DNA of 14,777 nt from Candidatus Heimdallarchaeota archaeon. Lineage in GTDB: Archaea > Asgardarchaeota > Njordarchaeia > Njordarchaeales > JAMOTR01. The translations under genes were made by a program, and so were the position numbers. Shown here piece after piece: positions 13,859-14,777 of this stretch. How positions within the stretch are numbered: the first letter of the stretch is position 1; each line of letters opens with the position of its first letter. The stretch spans positions 1 to 14,777 of the forward strand of contig JAMOTR010000022.1 in the NCBI GenBank assembly GCA_027068385.1, written 5' to 3'. The notes beneath the pieces were generated by a model. That model saw only the letters and a program-made list of their open reading frames with translations, had not been told where the DNA came from and searched no databases.

Positions 13859-14777
13859 GAGGACCCTCTTGGGAGACGGTTCGGTGAAGCTTTCGATCGA
13901 GTTAAGGTTCGACGTTTTTAACGGCAAGGGCTTCTACTCGATACTCTCACAGACCACGAGGATCGAGAGCGCGATAGATCTCAAGCCCCTCAAGCTCTCC
14001 GACGTGGTAAAGAAAGCTTTCTACGCTCCGATATCGGGCGCTAATACCATTCATGAGGTGATAAAGCACCCAAACGGAACAGCGTACGTGCCTGGCTCCG
14101 CGTTAAAGGGGGCGATACGGACCACGATGGCCCTATCGGATCCGAACGCCTTCGAGCAGATATTAAATAACGTGAACCTCATGAGGGTTCTCGGGTACAC
14201 GTTCATCGTAAGGGACGTCGATATAGGGGAGCCGGACGTGATGGAGGCGACGCGCATATACGTAACCAACTGCCGCACGGTAAGGAACGTAAGGAGGCTT
14301 CAAGAAGTCCTCTCTAAGAGCTTCTCGTTCGATATACTCTTTAGGGAGGTGGACGTCCCCGTCGATAAGTTCGTCAAAACGATAAATAACAAGCTCCCGC
14401 CCGAGTCTCTAGAGGCGCTTCGGGATCTCAAGAGGATGGGTAACGTGATACGCGTATCCCCGAATCCTAATAAGTTTAAGGACGCGATCATAAGGGGGTC
14501 TCAGGAGATAAATAAGAGGCTCAAGAGGCGGCGCTCAATGGGCACTCGGTGCAAAAACATCGTCCGGAGCGGAGAGGCGAACTTCGCTTTAGGCTTCGGG
14601 AGCTCGTGTGTGACTAAAGTACTTAGGATCAAGAGGGCGCCCGGGAGGTTCTCTTGTTATAAGCGCAATCGGGTCATGGATAACTTCCATAGGAGCGGCT
14701 TTCCTCACTCCCTTTGGACCGTAAAGATCGACGACAAGTATTATCCCCTGGGGCTAGGAAAAATAGCGGTAAAATAA
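13836..14777 (+). CDS. type III RAMP protein, Csm5-like (Cas7-group capping subunit) or related divergent RAMP
   Basis: YVPGSALKGAIRT (compare Csm5 IPGSS.KGAIRT), the glycine-rich LGFGSS, and a C-terminal YPLGLGKIAV resembling the P.GW.K terminus of Csm5. It overlaps the csm3-like gene by 23 nt (GTG at 13836) or 14 nt (ATG at 13845). The stop codon is the last triplet of the window. Confidence 0.6.
   Translation: MVRMQVPKRTLLGDGSVKLSIELRFDVFNGKGFYSILSQTTRIESAIDLKPLKLSDVVKKAFYAPISGANTIHEVIKHPNGTAYVPGSALKGAIRTTMALSDPNAFEQILNNVNLMRVLGYTFIVRDVDIGEPDVMEATRIYVTNCRTVRNVRRLQEVLSKSFSFDILFREVDVPVDKFVKTINNKLPPESLEALRDLKRMGNVIRVSPNPNKFKDAIIRGSQEINKRLKRRRSMGTRCKNIVRSGEANFALGFGSSCVTKVLRIKRAPGRFSCYKRNRVMDNFHRSGFPHSLWTVKIDDKYYPLGLGKIAVK

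Noticed and set aside
1-14777. Search for a CRISPR array (regularly spaced 24-40 bp direct repeats) or a cas1/cas2/cas6 gene
   Set aside because: I saw no repeat-spacer periodicity by eye in any spacer, or on the antisense strand of any gene. The non-coding regions are too short (193 bp at most) to hold an array. A repeat finder should confirm this.

Overview
This looks like a compact archaeal chromosome segment, probably from a hyperthermophilic Thermoproteota-like organism. The signs are tightly packed or overlapping genes, ATGA start/stop overlaps, AT-rich TATA-like elements close to start codons, a crenarchaeal-type PGI/PMI, and an archaeal-style C/D box sRNA. Positions 1-10,073 are mostly housekeeping. 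They hold a truncated TupA-like binding protein, a TatD hydrolase, a small membrane protein, a pyruvoyl AdoMet/Arg decarboxylase, an SbcD-related phosphoesterase and tRNA-Gln(UUG). They also hold ribosomal protein L11, a coupled inositol-phosphate-synthase-like/PGI-PMI pair, a ParB/Srx-fold protein abutting argS, a degenerate MBL-fold protein and ketopantoate reductase. The unusual part is the right third (10,070-14,777). A cysteine-free 796-aa protein with no motif I can recognise is translationally coupled to panE. It is transcribed divergently from a three-gene type III-like CRISPR effector fragment: a small helical protein, a Csm3-like Cas7 and a Csm5-like RAMP. No Cas10, Csm4/Cas5, Cas6, adaptation genes or CRISPR array are visible in the window. 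The 126-bp divergent intergenic region carries a near-textbook C/D box sRNA and a perfect 10-bp palindrome. The window ends exactly at the stop codon of the last RAMP gene, so the downstream context cannot be judged. All family assignments come from motif recognition by eye; no searches were run.
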